Below, one piece after another: positions 61,978-63,157 of a stretch of DNA of 63,157 nucleotides. This stretch comes from Candidatus Eiseniibacteriota bacterium (lineage in GTDB: Bacteria > Joyebacterota > Joyebacteria > Joyebacterales > Joyebacteraceae): contig JAUWCJ010000003.1 of NCBI GenBank assembly GCA_030609365.1, positions 1 through 63,157 of the forward strand, written 5' to 3'. Numbering within the stretch: the first letter of the stretch is position 1; every line of letters starts with the position of its first letter. The translations under genes and the position numbers were made by a program. The notes under the pieces were generated by a model. It had not been told where the DNA came from, did no database searches, and worked only from the letters and a program-made list of their open reading frames with translations.

Positions 61978-63157
61978 TCAGGCGGCGCGCTTCATCCACT
62001 TCCTGCTCCGCGCCAAGTCTTTGAGAAGCGCGATATCAGTTCTTCTAAGCAGCCATGTCTCCCGGAACGTCTGTTGCGTCGTGGCGCGGAACGACAGAAC
62101 AAGCACGATGGTCCTGACCAGATACCCGATGCTCATGGCCCACGCGGCACCGGGCAAGCCGATGGCAGGTAGGAGGATCATCAGCGCCCCGAAGTTGGCC
62201 AGCACAGCCAACACCACCGACCACGAACAGACCGAGGGGCGATTGATGCCCATGAAGTACGCCCCCAGGACCTTTGACCCTGCGTGCACGAGCATCCCAA
62301 CGGCGATCATCCAGATGAGGGGCACCGCCGGCAGGAAGTCACGTGAGAATAGGAGGGCGATCAGCGGCCTGCTCACGACGACCAGGACAGCAAGAACGAC
62401 GCCACAGACGATCAGCGACAGCCGGGCAACCTGCGCGACAAGCTCCGACCGCCCTGCGGGATCACGGGCAACGCGTGGGAGCAACGCGGACCCTATGGCG
62501 TCTGGTATCAGCTGGACCCTCGATACGAGGCTGGCCGCCGCCGCGAAGATGCCGATCTCAGGAGTGGTGACGAACCACGCCAGAACCACAGTTCCGATCC
62601 TGAAGTTCATCTGGCTGCCAAGGTTGGCCATCCAGTAGCGGACCCCGAATGAGAGCAGTGCTGCGAAGTCGCGCCGCCGAAGTCGCCTTGGGGCCAATCG
62701 ATACCGGAACCTCAGAAAGCCCAATCCGACGACTATCGAGACAGCGTTTCCTACCATCAGCGCCACGAGAGCCCCGTTGACGCCGAGGTCCAGACCCCAG
62801 ACCAGAAGCAGCGTGGCGCCCAGATGCGTAATCACGCGGGCGACCGCGATGCGACTCATCCAGGCGAACTGCCGTGTTCCCATCAGAAGTAGGATCAGCG
62901 ACTCGGACATGACGTTGAGCGGAACGAGGACAAGAGACAACTTGAAGGAAAGAACCGTGGCCTTCGTGAAGAACTCCGCGCCGGACTGTATCAGGACGTA
63001 TCCTACGGCGACGCCGAGTGCCGAGCCGGCCAGGCCCGCGGTGAGTGTCACCAGTACTCCATCCACGACCTTGGCCCGGCCGGACGCGATGAGGTACTGC
63101 CCCGCCCTGTCCACGCTGAACGTGAACACGACCCCGAGGAACATGGCAAAGAGGATG
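61978..63157 (-). CDS. Wzx-like polysaccharide flippase (MOP superfamily), probably 5'-truncated by the window edge.
   Basis: A polytopic sequence throughout. The frame is open upstream of the listed Met at 63144 to the window end (..ILFAMFLGVV..). The 388 aa visible is shorter than typical Wzx proteins. Confidence 0.65.
   Translation of the reverse strand, partial: ILFAMFLGVVFTFSVDRAGQYLIASGRAKVVDGVLVTLTAGLAGSALGVAVGYVLIQSGAEFFTKATVLSFKLSLVLVPLNVMSESLILLLMGTRQFAWMSRIAVARVITHLGATLLLVWGLDLGVNGALVALMVGNAVSIVVGLGFLRFRYRLAPRRLRRRDFAALLSFGVRYWMANLGSQMNFRIGTVVLAWFVTTPEIGIFAAAASLVSRVQLIPDAIGSALLPRVARDPAGRSELVAQVARLSLIVCGVVLAVLVVVSRPLIALLFSRDFLPAVPLIWMIAVGMLVHAGSKVLGAYFMGINRPSVCSWSVVLAVLANFGALMILLPAIGLPGAAWAMSIGYLVRTIVLVLSFRATTQQTFRETWLLRRTDIALLKDLARSRKWMKRAA

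Overview
This is a 63,157-bp high-GC window that is almost entirely coding. I call 45 protein genes, 43 of them on the minus strand. I recognised no rRNA, tRNA, CRISPR array, transposase or integrase. The gene content suggests an uncultivated diderm of FCB-superphylum type, because it has T9SS-style C-terminal sorting domains and PorP/SprF-like barrels; this is inference only.

Blocks, left to right:
1. 1-5.6 kb, secreted-protein accessory block. It holds a 5'-partial cohesin/dockerin-like surface protein that is missing from the supplied ORF track (1..1399, minus), a GH5 glycanase with a sorting domain, a decayed sorting-domain relic, and a thioester-domain-like adhesin.
2. 5.6-12.2 kb, the most unusual unit and my best candidate for an undescribed export or fibre-assembly system. 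It is a five-gene operon built around a lipoprotein TPR-STN-secretin fusion, with a four-module Ig-like protein and three signal-peptide beta-rich proteins. It has no ATPase, pilin, prepilin peptidase or inner-membrane platform.
3. preT-preA.
4. A ComEA-like HhH/beta-barrel fusion, a small barrel, a lamin-tail-domain protein and a VWA membrane protein.
5. 21.9-42.1 kb, a co-directional alpha-glucan utilisation mega-locus. It contains a debranching enzyme, GH57, a MalEFG-like ABC importer, five CBM48 modules (one fused to an outer-membrane barrel), a second barrel, a PorP/SprF-like barrel and a 1797-aa surface protein.
6. cobB, a polyferredoxin and ppdK.
7. 47.3-63.2 kb, a surface-polysaccharide cluster. 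It contains a WecA-like enzyme, a glucuronyl C5-epimerase-like protein, a DegT aminotransferase, WecB, a heparinase II/III-like protein, a methyltransferase, a bi-domain oxidoreductase, GT4, a Wzy-GT4 fusion and Wzx. A plus-strand PiT transporter interrupts it.

A promoter-plus-leader module with near-consensus -35/-10 elements and exact 17-nt spacers occurs three times, each upstream of a secreted-protein gene.

All family assignments rest on motifs read by eye from the translations. No database search was run.
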